From contig OZ237747.1 in the NCBI GenBank assembly GCA_965178125.1, positions 868,001-932,000 on the forward strand: 64,000 bases of DNA, read 5' to 3'. This DNA comes from Bilabrum cf. latius. Taxonomy: Eukaryota. The first letter of the stretch is position 1; each line of letters begins with the position of its first letter. The translations under genes and the position numbers were made by a program. Positions 63,401-64,000 of this stretch are shown piece by piece. Under the pieces are notes generated by a model. That model did no database searches, was not told the origin of the DNA, and saw only the letters and a list, made by a program, of their open reading frames with translations.

Positions 63401-64000
63401 CCACGCCTGCCAGACCTCCGCCCATCTAAGCCGCCGATTCCCAAGCCTGCCGAGCAACCCTGCTGCCCCTCTGGGCCGTACTGCGAGGACCCCCGCGCGC
63501 TGATTCGCTGCCCCAGCTGCCCACCGGTGCCCGGGCAGGAGGGAGGGGGCCGCTCGTAGACCCACGAGACCCGCCATTCGGAGTCCAATGCGAGCTAGAC
63601 CCTGCACCTGCCCCAGCCCCTGCCCCAGCATCGGCCCGGCCAGCACCGGTGCCGCCTTGGAGGGCGAGGGCAAGGGGATGCATCGAAGCATTACCACCAA
63701 GAGGATCGCCGTCACTTGCAGCCGCTTCTCTAGCGCTAGCGAGCGGACTATCGGGACGTACGCTGCCCGCCACAGAGCTGCTCGCTCCGTCCCGCCTTGC
63801 ACTGCTGGCAGGTGCTCCAGCTCTGAGTCCCTCTTCCGCTGCATCTATGGCCTGGGCACTGGCCAGCGAGCCGACAACGACCTCTACCTCAACGTCCTCT
63901 TCTGTGAGAGGCCCTGCATGCAGTTTATACACGTATACGCACCTTGCAGGTGGTGCATCTGCCGGTACGGATCCTCGGCTAGCGTGCGATCCAGGCGCAC
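42498..64000 (-). CDS. Axonemal dynein heavy chain, outer-arm beta-like, very long and divergent; 5' end beyond the window
   Basis: One frame of ~7167 codons interrupted only by TAG. It contains DHC_N1 (FELDFW, NMPPTAGRIVW), linker (QRHWQQL, PRLCFL), AAA1 (GPAGTGKTETVKDLG, CFDEFNRI, FITMNPGYAGR, YDWGLRA), AAA2 (GEPSCGKT, WIEDLNSVMDD), AAA3 (DDLHLPAADKYGTQ), AAA4 (GPSGCGKRS), stalk and AAA6 (WLVLENIHL). Ends TGA 42498-42500. Confidence 0.95.

Noticed and set aside
1-64000. Region-wide pseudogenisation, RIP-like C-to-T mutation or sequencing error as the source of the stops
   Set aside because: These would also create TAA (from CAA), TGA (from CGA) and frameshifts. The interruptions are almost exclusively TAG, frames are preserved and most core motifs are intact.
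1-64000. Ciliate-type code (TAA and TAG both Gln) or pyrrolysine
   Set aside because: Only one internal TAA was seen against a very large number of TAGs, and TAA ends seven genes. No pyl genes are present, and TAG occupies Gln-type positions.
1-64000. tRNA-CUA, rRNA, transposon or virophage/Polinton-like insertion
   Set aside because: No cloverleaf, rRNA-like tract, transposase/integrase motif, terminal repeats or low-GC island was recognised by eye. A tRNAscan run is still needed to exclude a tRNA in the intergenic gaps.

Overview
This is a gene-dense, GC-rich eukaryotic (flagellated protist) nuclear region, not a prokaryotic one. It has about 14 protein-coding genes, mostly short intergenic gaps and a few short 5'-proximal GT-AG introns. 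The supplied ORF track is fragmented because in-frame TAG codons interrupt all genes except one. Consecutive fragments stay in frame, join across TAG, and end at TAA or TGA. Conserved-motif positions, Q-rich contexts and a CAG/TAG swap between duplicated segments point to a variant nuclear code: UAG = Gln, with UAA and UGA still stops. Read this way, the window encodes a pseudokinase, an ankyrin protein, a UCP-type mitochondrial carrier, an 1807-aa unknown protein, an FG-GAP surface protein, PRMT3, a multipass membrane protein, a secreted protein, an LRR protein, a small 2-TM protein, a TPR protein with a 57-bp VNTR, a CEP83-like coiled-coil protein and an IPT/TIG receptor-like protein. It also contains an apparently intronless, divergent axonemal dynein heavy chain of more than 7100 codons. 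A bicosoecid-like stramenopile host is only a guess from composition and gene style.
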